A DNA stretch of 64,000 nucleotides from Laetmonice hystrix (lineage: Eukaryota), in contig OZ249447.1 in assembly GCA_965235115.1 (NCBI GenBank), positions 15,004,001 to 15,068,000 on the forward strand, written 5' to 3'. The notes under the pieces are model-generated. The model saw only the letters and a list, made by a program, of their open reading frames with translations. It had not been told where the DNA came from and searched no databases. The stretch's first letter is position 1, and every line of letters begins with the position of its first letter. The translations under genes and the position numbers were made by a program. Positions 15,001 through 26,500 of the stretch are shown one piece after another.

Positions 15001-16644
15001 GTGCTAGGCTTTTGAACTAAGGGAATCATTACCATAATGTATTATGCAGCATGCCAATATTTGGTAAATGCGACAGTACTGAATCAATTCATTTTGACAT
15101 GTCATGGGTCACCAGACAAGCTGCATTTACAGCTGTGCATTTACAACAAGTTCACATCTAAACCTTGTGAGATTATGAAAAGTAAAATGAATTATATAAT
15201 AACTCCACAACCCAGATGTACCCCCTCATAAAGTTTCCTTCAGTCACAGCTTCACTTTTTTATTCACTCATAATGCTGACTTAGGAGTAACTTATATGGG
15301 ACTAGAGCATGGACACCCTGACTATGCAAACACAGAATATAATTCTTTTTCCTTCTAGTATAAAAAATGCTAACATATGAAAAGAACCTGATAAGCTTCT
15401 CAGCTCATTTTTCAGCTTCAGACTAATAACATGACATGAATACAAGGAAACACTTCATGATAGTGTTCAAGAGACTGTATGTGACACTCAGATGTCCCTC
15501 AGCCCTGGTCAGTGCTCAAGGTAACAGGAATCCAGGAAACAAAATGCCAGGAAATTACCCCACTTTCCTCTGATAACAGGACCGTTTGACATGCTACTAC
15601 ACCTGAGCCTGAGGCTGAGAAACAAGGTCACTAGTATAATCCAGGTCTGATCTGGCTGAGGTAACAATTTTTTATTTAGGATGTAAGAATGGTAAGAATG
15701 TAGGCCTAGATGTTACAGTTTTAATAGCATCCCAAAAAGAATGCATGCAGCCTACTCAGCCTGAACTCGAAATGGGAGATAACTTCCCAAAGCGAGAGAT
15801 TGCTCCCCTGCCATTTGATGAGGGCGCGCATAAATTCCAAGTCATGCCTCCTCCAATTTCCTCCAATAAATAGCATTCAGAAAACCTTGTTCTCCCATCC
15901 TCTAAATTCGCCTAATTAAGTTACACCTGCCCAGTGACGGATTTACTCATTTAGGCCGAACCCCCCTAAAGTTATTCCTATTTATGCAGACTGCAGCCTA
16001 GTACAAGATTCAAGAGCCAAGGCCACTGCCACTGGTGATAAGTTTTATTTTTTTCTATAGAGAGTCTACCAGTCATTGCTCATAAACGTAATAGTAATAG
16101 CCAGAGCCAGACCCAGAGGGGAATTTAATGAATTAGAAGGCGCACGCTCATCTTCCCACCCCCGTCCCTGGGCCTGGACACGCCTCCGCCTGCTGCCGTC
16201 ACTGACAAACACCGACTTGGATTCCCTGGGCTGACCGGCTCCGGGCCCCGACTCACCCCGGCCGACTACCGCCGGCCTACTCAGGCTACTGTCGGTCTGC
16301 CTAGTGCCTGGCCTTACGTAATCATCACCCCGCTATTTTTGCTGGTGTATGATCACAGATGACAGATGTATCAAAATATGAAAATGCTGCCTAAATTAAA
16401 ACCAATTAATCCCTGCAACAAATGTGAAAGTCTGATATTCTGATCTGTTATCTGTGGTTCGGCCGTTGCTTCCACAATGTTTAGCTGTTGTGACGGGAGA
16501 GGCCCATCCCTCATCATAAACCCACGGCAACGCAGGCAACGCCACGGCACTCACCGGTTGACAGGTCGGCAGGTCGTCGGCCGACGTCCCCTGCTGGCTC
16601 ACGACCGCCAGTAAAACGGCCACCGTCACGCCTAAAGTCCACAT
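95..16644 (-). CDS. ELAPOR1: ELAPOR/KIAA1324 (EIG121) family type I membrane protein; 5' five coding exons, gene continues beyond the left edge
   Basis: Exons 16555-16644 (signal peptide MWTLGVTVAVLLAVVSQQGTSADDLPTCQP), 13303-13426 (HDFHYEYTECDSEGGRWRVSVPKPNTC), 7836-8049 (EFTCESGQFLDITGAQECQPCPAGTYSLGGGLRFEDWQELP), 1000-1147 (TGWVPKGNYMAS...FTYQYTDDDAIFHFQ) and 95-184 (VRNSECQ...RWPPPTQEGEWKTIS). All have GT-AG boundaries with compatible phases (0,1,2,0). The motifs match the remembered KIAA1324 N-terminus ([54 protein letters not shown]). It is probably a co-orthologue of vertebrate ELAPOR1/2. Confidence 0.93.
3533..3644. repeat. Tandem repeat, 4 copies of a 27-29 bp unit (ATATATACTGCCTCCAATATTGGACTG)
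   Basis: Read directly; the unit contains the palindrome TCCAATATTGGA; it lies in an ELAPOR intron. Confidence 0.9.
8613..8905. mobile_element. MITE-like non-autonomous DNA element with internal TTAGGG-like run
   Basis: Perfect 16-bp terminal inverted repeats CAGGGTTTCCGCCAGA / TCTGGCGGAAACCCTG, flanked by direct repeat CTTGC (8608-8612 and 8906-8910). Confidence 0.8.
9183..9502. mobile_element. PIF/Harbinger-like MITE carrying a 20-bp tandem repeat (CTCAGCCTTGCTCACCCCAT, about 6-7 copies, ~9352-9489)
   Basis: Termini GGCCCGGTTTTT / AAAAAACGGGCC flanked by CTG and CAG (CWG target); subterminal GCTCAC/GTGAGC motifs shared with the element at 17488. Confidence 0.65.
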
Positions 16645-17050
16645 TTTCACAAACCGACGGTAGAGTCCACACGAATCCACTAGTGTCAGTGCAGTCTATG
16701 TACCAGACGCTTTAAGAATCCATTATATTTATACCATCTGACAGAAAAGCTGTACTGTTTTGATGCTGACGATCGCACAGGTGGCTGTCTTTATCGCGGA
16801 TGCGCAAGCCCCTGTCTGGTACCCTGCCAGTTAATGCTTGCCTTGGCTGCTTCAATGTGCGAACGAACGAGGCACCAGTCCTCATGGACGGCCAGCTCCG
16901 CGCAGAATTGACCTACTTACAAAAATATCTCTGCTTGTCAGAAAATTAGAATCAAAAGCAGCTTTGTTATGAAAAAGACCTGGAAATAATGTTTGGAGGT
17001 TTCTTTCAATTATTCTAAAGATTTGGTATTTTTAGAGAAAATAGACCGGA

Positions 17051-17103
17051 TGTGTTTACTGCTACCAGGTTGCAATGCGTGTTGCCAAGGTAGCTATGAC
17101 AAC
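17051..17103 (+). promoter_or_regulatory. Candidate ciliary-gene elements (forkhead site plus overlapping RFX X-boxes) in the ELAPOR/CFAP276 bidirectional promoter
   Basis: TGTTTAC at 17053-17059; GTTGCCAAGGTAGC at 17081-17094 and GTAGCTATGACAAC at 17090-17103; about 110-130 bp upstream of the CFAP276 ATG. Confidence 0.55.
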
Positions 17104-17210
17104 TAACTCTACGACATGATAAGAAGGCTGCCGTTCACAGGTGTGTGTTAGAGCGCACTCGTCATTTTGCTGTGTTTTTTGGAGAGAAGTTTACGGGGGA
17201 AACTTGCATT

Positions 17211-20200
17211 ATGATGTCGACCAGGAACCCACATCCTTTCCCAACCGTTCAGAACGATGACGATTTCATCGGCCTCAGAAGCACACAAGTAAGTACACTT
17301 TCTTTCTCGGCTTCACTCAGTCTCGGCCTCGATCAGTCACTCAGGCTCAGCGGTGTTCGGACGGCGCCGGTCGACACTGACTGCTAAACTCTGAACTAAG
17401 AGACCGGTGGTTTAATCAATCAGCATTGCTAAGACTATCACGTTTATGTTCGTGCGGTGTCTAGTAGTAGTAGGCCTAACAGTACAGGGCCCGGTTCCGT
17501 TGTGCAATTTTCGTGAGCTGAGCAGCATTTTCGTGAGCTGAGTAGCACTTTTTGTGAGCTGCTCACGGTCCACCGGTTCCTTTGTGTACTGTGAGCAGTG
17601 CTCACCGTGAGCTTTGCTCACGAAAAAGCCGTGAGACTTGAGCAAGCTAAGGAGGATGCTCACGGTGTCGTGAGCAAGCGTGAGCAAGGGAGAATTTCAC
17701 TCAAATTTACATATTTTTTTTCTTCTTTTCTTTTACTTATTTTGACCACGGGGAGCAGAATGTTATTCTCCAGAAGCCTGCAAATATCGTTTCTGAAATT
17801 AAAAAGGATTTCTAGAGCAGCCTGTTGCTGAAAATACTCTGACAGTGTCCACTCTGTCCCAAGGCAGTGTCACACTGTGGCCACAGGCACACGCGTTATT
17901 GTGACGTTAGAAATGAGGCCCTATTGTTGTATCTAGAACAGTTCCAAAAGTATTGTGACGTCACCATATCTGAGTGATGACAATAAACTGTTACGTCATA
18001 TATCCATAGTTACGGTGTCTTGCTCACCGTGAGCAAGTGCTCATGTGAGCAAGTGCTCAGGGTAAACAAAGGAACCCGATTTAGGCCTAGGCCTACTGCT
18101 CATGGTGAGCACTGCTCACGTAAGCAGTAAACTGCTGCTCAGCTCACAACATCTCAGCTCACGGAAAGAGGTAGACAACGGAACCGGGCCCAGACACTGA
18201 GACAAGAATTGAGAAGGCGAAACCGCTGTCACACCCTCCTGATATTCACTGCATTGGCCGCCCGGTAACCGTAATGTGTCCAGTGCAATGCAATGCATGG
18301 CTAACGTTATGCATTAACGTTACGTCGTTAGAGAGTCTAAGCTAGAGTATCTACTGAGTTTACGTCGTTAGTTACCCTGGTACTAACAGAACTCAAAAGA
18401 AAAAAAAACTACAGTTTGTAGTAGGCCTACAGGGCCAGCCAGGTATCGACCAAAAATTTAAGGCATTGTCAATGTTGGGGATCCAGGCCCAATATAATAA
18501 TAAAAAACACTGGGAATCCCAGGGGGCCAGTTGCCCCCCTTGACTCCCCCCCCCCCCAGTGGTGGCGCTGGGTGGGGGGCAAACGATTTAGTTTGCCCCC
18601 TGTGCCCCCCCCCAGTTTAAGTCTGCCATTATAATAATCAAAGTGTGTGACATAATATATTATGAAGACACACCTCATTTATGATTTTCCGAACAGCTTT
18701 AGTGCCCATTGAAATGTGTTTGGATTGTGAAACATAGCCTACAGATTACTGAATCTCTTTTTTTTAATGGTAGAAGAGGTTACCAGAAAGACTATATTAC
18801 GGTATTTAATGTTTTCAAATTAGGTAATTTTTCAAAATATTAACTGCAGTATTTTGTTCGGTGTTCTTGCAGAAACAACCATACACTGTGCCAACTCACC
18901 TTGCCCAGAAACAAGCACCATGGCACAGACTGAACCAGACTCCCACCTTAGCCAGCTGCAGGCGAGAGGTATACCATCATGATCCTGAATCACCTCATGA
19001 CAGCTTGGATTTTGTGCTAAAATCTCAGTACAATCATCATGGAGAGTTCTTGAAGGCACAAAATGAAACACTTGTCCAGTCTGAAACACTAAATCAAGAT
19101 CATGGGTAAGTGGAATGGCTTTGACATTTGATTAATGCTAAAAATAATATCCTAAAAAAATGTCCACGTGAGACATGTCCAGAGGAATGTCTATATCACA
19201 TCATGGCTACTTATTACTATAACTAGTTACTATTTACTGATTGTTTTTGACAAGAAAGTTTCATTGGAACTGGAAGGTTAAAAACCTTTTTCACAGGATC
19301 TAAAGTTATGCCCTGGTGTATATTCATCATTCAAGGGAAGCTTTTCAAATCCTGTGGTTTATCCTTGTGGGATTAACTAAGGATTAGAGTGGCTCTAGGT
19401 CCTTTAATCAGTATTAATACTGAGCTTGTCCATGCATGTCTGAACTTGTGAATGCACCTATTCTGTGAAAGATTTCATTTACAAATTCTAAATATCAAAA
19501 TATGACTTGAAACCGGTGCAATAATCATAGTGGGGCTTCGGGCTGCTAGATCCAAGTTGTAATTTGTATGCAGCTAGTGGTGTTGCAATGTTGTTGATCA
19601 TGCCTATTATTGGTGTGAAAACTCTAGGTTAACTATAGATTTATCAGCATGCAGCACTGTATCTAGGGAAACATCAAACAAATATATCAGCGTGGTGGGA
19701 GAAACATGTCACAGCTATTAGTGTTAGGGTGAGACAATTATCATCATCTATTGATTAACCTGTCAAAGACTTCCGATCACAACACAATACTTGCTGACAT
19801 TCATTGTAACAAGATTGGTAATAAATTTCTGGTTTTCCACTTTACATGTATTGTAATGAACTGTATTCATACCATGAATCTATATTTCTGTCCTAGGCGT
19901 GTTTTAAAGAACCGAACAATCAATGTTCCACCCGTCAAGAACCCTCTCAACCATCCACTGCGGGTGTGTGAGGCCCCCAAGAAGGAGAGCCTGCACAGTG
20001 TGAAAACAGCAATAGGTGAGCATTTCAATCTGACAAACCTTTACTCACCATCTTACAACTGACATGTTGTCATCATATTATTTAGCATACTGTCATTTTT
20101 CTCCAACAGTCATCACAGAAAAAATCTCACACGTTTACTTGCCAACTTGGTATTTTATAAGATTAGATTTTACTGAATTTACTGAAAGCAACCGAAACTG

Positions 20201-20550
20201 ACCTTGGTAAATGCAACTGACCATATAAACCTAACCGTAACCTTAATCCTAACCAAAACGTGCTTTTCAGTATGTGGGCATTTGAGCTGGGTTTCAATGC
20301 CATCTGGAGGTTGGGTTTGGTATATGCCAAGGTCGGTTTTGGTCGACCAGTTTCAGTGTTTAGTTGGACCGTATTTATAACTCGTTCTTAGCGGTTCTAC
20401 GGCAACACTGCACGGTTGATTATATTCAATAAAGTTACAGTGCATGTTTTCTAATGCAATCTTAATTTCATGGTTTCAGAGGGCCACCATACGCAGACTA
20501 CCAACAGGGGGTATTCACGTAAACCAGATGGAGGTTTCTTCACTTCATAA
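17211..20550 (+). CDS. CFAP276: Cilia- and flagella-associated protein 276 (C1orf194 orthologue), 4 exons, 166 aa
   Basis: Exons 17211-17288, 18873-19105, 19897-20015 and 20480-20550, GT-AG and phase-compatible, total 501 nt. Protein MMSTRNPHPFPTVQNDDDF...PTHLAQKQAPWHRLNQTPTLASCRREVYHHDPESPHDSLDFVLKSQYNHH...[36 protein letters not shown] matches remembered C1orf194 (PTHLAQQQEPWSRLNSTPT; YSRKKDGGFF). Confidence 0.93.
17488..18190. mobile_element. PIF/Harbinger-like MITE in CFAP276 intron 1
   Basis: Perfect 16-bp TIR GGCCCGGTTCCGTTGT / ACAACGGAACCGGGCC; 3-bp target duplication CAG (17485-17487, 18191-18193); many internal GTGAGC/GCTCAC motifs. Confidence 0.85.
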
Positions 20551-23500
20551 AGTCATCTGACATCATAGTTTACCATCACTATACTCATCTGATGCACCCA
20601 TTGTCATTCTTTCTTTTATACCCTGACACCCAAATATTTCACAGCCAACGAGCAGGAAGATCTGTGAGATAGTGTAGCTAACTGTTTACACTGACAGTAC
20701 TGTAATAGGTAGGGCAAGAGCAGGCCTGAAAACATGTTGGTATATGAAGGTATTAGGTAATTAATTGTAATCAAAGTATTAGATTATTTATAATCAAAGT
20801 ATTAGTGACCATTCAGTACAGAACGAAGAGCACTGTCAGAGGCAGTTTTTATGAGCATGAGCCGTGACCTGTCGGGACAACAACATGCTCCGATGACCTA
20901 ATATATGTATGATCAGCACAACCACTCGTAAATCTGTGTGTTGTTGAAGACAAATGGTGACAGTGTTTGCCCAGTAATTATGAGGGAGTTAAAAGTATAA
21001 AAGTATTATGCATTGTTGTATTCTTTAAAATCAAGATTATAATTTTGGATTTTATGACGAGGTCGATCAGCCAAGAAGTACATACAAATGATGGCCAGCA
21101 CCTTGATTGCTCCACAAACATTTCAGTGATGATCACTTCATTTCGAAATGAATGTACCTCTGTATGTCATGGGGCTGCCCTTACAGTGATAAGATTGTAT
21201 AAAGTTTTCCTATTAGCCAAATGTTGTAGCATACTTGATTATTTACACTGCTTATAGTTTGTTGAAAATGTTTGTTTAGTCTTAGCATTGTAAATCTTGC
21301 ATTTATATGTATTATTGTAAATGTGGACGAGTACGTAGGTACGTCTCCAGAAACCAAGCATATTGTGATAGGGCCACCCTGCCACGTTTGACCTCCTTCC
21401 CGGTAGGACCCAACATTCCACATAGCCCAAGAATTTCAAAACAATATAGCGTTCCAATTAACCCAATTCTGTTGCCAGAGAGATAGCTTAGTAGTCGTGT
21501 GATTGGCCAGTTAACATATTATGTTGTCCAGATCTTAACAGTATCATGTTCAAAGTATTACATAATGTATGTACCATAGTAGGAATTATGAAGGATATCT
21601 TATCAGTGTAATTTTTCTGTTGACATTGTGAGTTGGCTTTGGGAAAAAAAATGTTATTTCATTTTTGCTACCTGAGTAGAATGATCCCCATGACAGAATT
21701 ATACAGTATTGTACAAAAGTAATTTCGTGCTGAGGATTGACACAGTATTTACGCATGAAATCATTCTGTTGGTGTTGAGGGGCACGTGTTTGAATTTTAA
21801 ACCAGTATTAGATTTAATTACCTGGTATGTGCCATCCATTATACTTATAGCTTGATAGGACTTCAGTATTGAAATACCATATACAACTAGATGGTTCTTT
21901 GATATTTGTGCACATTATTCATTCTGTAGGCTATATTATAATCCAGTATTCTGATGGATGTCACTAATTTGTAAAGAATAAAAGAAGAAAGAAACCCAAT
22001 ACAAGTTTCCTTTGGTCTTTACCCTTACTGAACTGATGAACCTAGACCGATGGACCTGTTTACGGTACACCTGCTTGAAAGTCAGTATTTCCCTGAATTA
22101 AAACAGAATCCTTGACCGTTTTGCCACAACTTCTTGGTTCTTAAATATTCCATATTTATATAGACAACAGTCTCCGATTTCAGTGACGAAATCCTATTCT
22201 TTTGCCTGCATTTTGAAACGAGGAAAACATGACTTCAATCTCTGAAAATCCTTTTCTTTTTTAGTTTTCTCCTATTTAAATTATTACATAGGGCGGGGTT
22301 GTGAGAAGTTTGAGGAGTAAACGCCTTCATGAATTTTCAAGGTTATCTCTCAAATAGTCCTTATATGAGATCAAAATTAAAAGTGTCCAATTAACCACTG
22401 TAACGTGTTCAAGTAAAACCAGGTCGGACGTTATTACAACCAAGTCTGGATCAGAAATCTTTGAAATGTTCTAGGTCACTGTTCGACAAGTTTTTATTTT
22501 ATGTCCATCCGAGACATTTTTCCGTGACGGTAAGGTCATGAAGGTATTTATGAAGGTCTAAGAAATAAGTTTTAATATGAAAAACTTTTATTCCTTTCCA
22601 TGACATTTCTGTTATCAGGTATAACTACACGTGTATGGGACCAGCAATACCTCCAAGTTACTGAGATCACCTTACTAACATGAAGCTTGGACGGATTACT
22701 AAATGTGCTTCACAAAAAGCCTCTGTGAGAAATACTCTGGCATTTTATATAACATAGCGTTAATTATCACAGTTGTATTAAAATTATTATTTTCTAAATG
22801 ACATAATTTCTTTAACTACGATCTTGTTTTCTACTCATAACTCTCACACAGTACGATCCCAATCTTATCAGTCTGATCTATTAGGCTTTGTGACAAAACA
22901 AATATTTTACACAGATTAATGTTATGTTTTCTTCATCTTTAATTGTGAAAATATAAATGTTACTAAATCTACTTAAATGGTACAATAAATAATCGACTTT
23001 TTATTTCTGTTTCACAATAAATTACACACAAATATATTAAGTTTGATGTACATGCATGCAGAGGTGCTCTCACATTAGCGCTAAGTATTCAAAACATATG
23101 GTGTCAAGATAAAATGTGTTACTTATACAGTAATCCACGGTCACATAGAGGACAAATTATGCCAAATATTAACTGAGCAGGTTAACGTTCATAATCTAAC
23201 CACGATTTATAACTGATGTTTACTGTTACAGCCTAATTATTCATTACTGTTGGTACAATCAATTAAAAATAATAACTCCCTGTACCCTTTTCTTGCTAGT
23301 CTCTGACATACAAATACCAGTAAGATAAAGAATAGGCAACCCCATATGGCGGATATAACAAGATAATACATGTAACATGAAATCCTTTTCTTTCTACAAA
23401 CGTCTGCTTCCCCAATATCTGGGTCATGGGAGCAGCTGGGTACCTTGACTTTTCCATCTATTTCGAGGAAATCATAATGTATTTTTGCCCGTCTGTATAA

Positions 23501-23555
23501 CTTTTATACATTTCTTTCGATTATCCACGGTCACCTTTTAACATTTCCATGACGA

Positions 23556-26500
23556 CTAGAAACTTTTCTCCCTCATCTTCTGAAGAGCCTTGAGCTTCAC
23601 AAGTGTCTCGTGATGATCAGGAGGTTCAAGGTCGTTTAGAAGTTGGTCAGCAATGCGACTCCGAAGTCGTCCAATAGACTGAAATTAACCAACAAAATAT
23701 CCACTAAAGAGACGGGTAACAGGTAAACCAAACTTGTGCAAGTCAGAGAAAACATAGGATATAGTTTATCAATTATTCAAACTGAACCAACCACAAAATT
23801 AGGCAGAATTTCAATGCCGGGAACATTTTTAAAGTTAAAAAGTCTTGTTATGATTGAACTAGAGTTAACTTCTGCCAGCTCCAATCTGTGACGAGGTAAT
23901 AATAAACCATTTACTCACCGTTTTGGGTCGCTGCATACTCTTTCTGTCAGTGTTATTGGGTGCGGAGGGAGAGAGGTTATCTGGTGCTGGACTGGGGGAC
24001 CGGTTAGCAGGCCACGTGACTGGAGGTGGCCACACACCCCCGGCACTGGCGCCACCTGGCCGTGGTTTGGCTGAACTAAGGCGGGACTTGGTACGCACGG
24101 CTGGAATACGAAGAGCACGATTGGTCAATGTGAATAGGCCCCCGCGTCAGGGATTATTAAATAGATCGAGATACCTAGGGTCACTCCATTCCGCTTTATC
24201 ACAAAATAATGTCACTGTAATATCTACACCGCAATAGAATAAATTAATAGGATTAAAGGGAACGCTTCAACTTTGTAAAATCGTGATACAGCAAAAGACT
24301 ATATCCAGATACCAGATGAAAGAGTTGGTAGTCCATGCTTAAATCCCTTTCCCTCCGCACAGACCTTCAACATTCTAGATAAGAATATAGTTCTAACGCC
24401 CTGGAAATATCCGCAACAGCCTGGCTTCAGAAAGAAAGCAGCTTCTGTAATTGTGACTGATTACCATCCTGTTCCCTGCCACAGGAAAATTTATACCGCC
24501 AATTCAAACAACAAAAGTAAAAATAAGAAATGAAAGAAAAAGTCACATTCGTGCATAAAGACAACTAACTTTCCACTATAATATTTAAAATCCACAAACA
24601 TCTATGTCGTTATACTTAAGTAGAAACAGATCATAAATAAACTGAACTGACAAACGATCCAAGAATATTAAAATAACCTTAGACCAGTACAGCGTCATCT
24701 CTATCGCAAATTCACCCCAAGTGTTTCTTGATCATGCATTTTTAAAATTAATGCCTGGAATGGTGTGCAAAAATAACTTTAAAGTAAACTAGTGAGAAAA
24801 ATGTGCAACAATTTGCACACCAAATGCACACCAACACATGTAAGGTCAAGGAATCACTGAAACATTTGGCGAGTATTTGCTACCTATGTGAACCCAACAT
24901 AACGGTTAACTCCCAATCTGCATGCAAAATTACAGCGGCTCAGTTCAGCAAATACCAACTTCTGGTTAATATTTTATGTTATACTCTGGTGTTGTTTCCT
25001 ATGACACTGGGGGGACATTATACCCCTGCATTCATTATGGCTTCATAAAATGTTAAATCATTAGAGAACTGGTGGATTTTGAATGAAATGGTTGGTATAG
25101 AGGTAGTCTCTTGAATTAAGTGCAATAACACGTGTGTCACTGTCTGCTTAAACGTTAGTGCTACTGTCCTTAGCAGTATATCGGCCGTGGCGGCACCTAG
25201 TGGTCAGAATACGGCCATGGCGCCAACTGGTATTCACAATACGTCCGTAGCGCCACCTGGTGATGACGATACTCACTTCCAGTGGCAGTCTGAGGTCGCG
25301 CCCTCACTGAAGACACCTTCACGCGGTCACTTTCTAAATCTAATAAAACACCCATTTGATGGGAACACAGCAATGTTAACAACCTGTTACAGTCTTCTCC
25401 TCCCCTTCCAACGTTTGCCCTTTCTATCTACAACAAGTCCCTGATAAAACGGGACCCTGAATATAAGTCATTCTCTGAACTGTACAGGGTCGCTACCTTC
25501 TTTCCACGTACATGGTAGAACTGTAGGCAACTCCATTCACAGCTTTAGTTCCAAACAAACTTTTCAAGTGGCATAGCCTAACTGGCATAAAATAACATGA
25601 CGAATATCACCAGTTCTGTCTTGGGTTACCGTTATTACATCCTGCAAAGACCAATCTCAATGATTTTTAAAATAAACCAATTTAGTGTGTAAACACTGCT
25701 AGGAGATGCCACTTTGACTCATGTTTAATTAATAACGTTGAATTACAAAAACATCCAGTAGACACTTACTTCCCATGGCCGTCTGAGGTCTTTTAACAGT
25801 TACGGGGACAAGTCCTGTCTCTATGTCATAGATCTGAAAGTGGAAAAACCAACAAAATATTCAAGATCTTAATCTTGATTACTGAATAACTGGGACGTGT
25901 TGATACAGAGGTTTCATTACGTTAGCAACCACTGATATTCTCACAAATCTACATTGTACACACAGAGGACTCCAATTGTAAGGAGGAAGTTCTTGTTCTG
26001 TGAGTGACGTATGTTGGATTGGATGGGACCGATGTGAGTGACGTATGTTGGACTGGATGGGACCGATGTGAGTGACGTATGTTGGACTGGATGGGACCGA
26101 TGTGAGTGACGTATGTTGGACTGGATGGGACCAATGTGAGTGACGTATGTTGGACTAGATGGGACCAATGTGAGTGACGTATGTTGGACTGGATGGGACC
26201 GATGTGAGTGAGGTATGTTGGACTGGATGGGACCGATGTGAGTGAGGTATGTTGGACTGGATGGGACTGATGTGAGTGACGTATGTTAGACTGGATGGGA
26301 CCAATGTGAGTGACGTTTGTTGGACTGGTTGAGACAGATGTGAGTGATGTTTGTTGGACTGTTTGGGACCAATGTGAGTGCCGTATGTTGGACTGGATGG
26401 GACCGATGTGAGTGATGTTTGTTGGACTGTTTGGGACCAATGTGAGTGACGTTTGTTGGACTGGATGGAACCAATGTGAGTGACGTATGTTGGACCGGTT

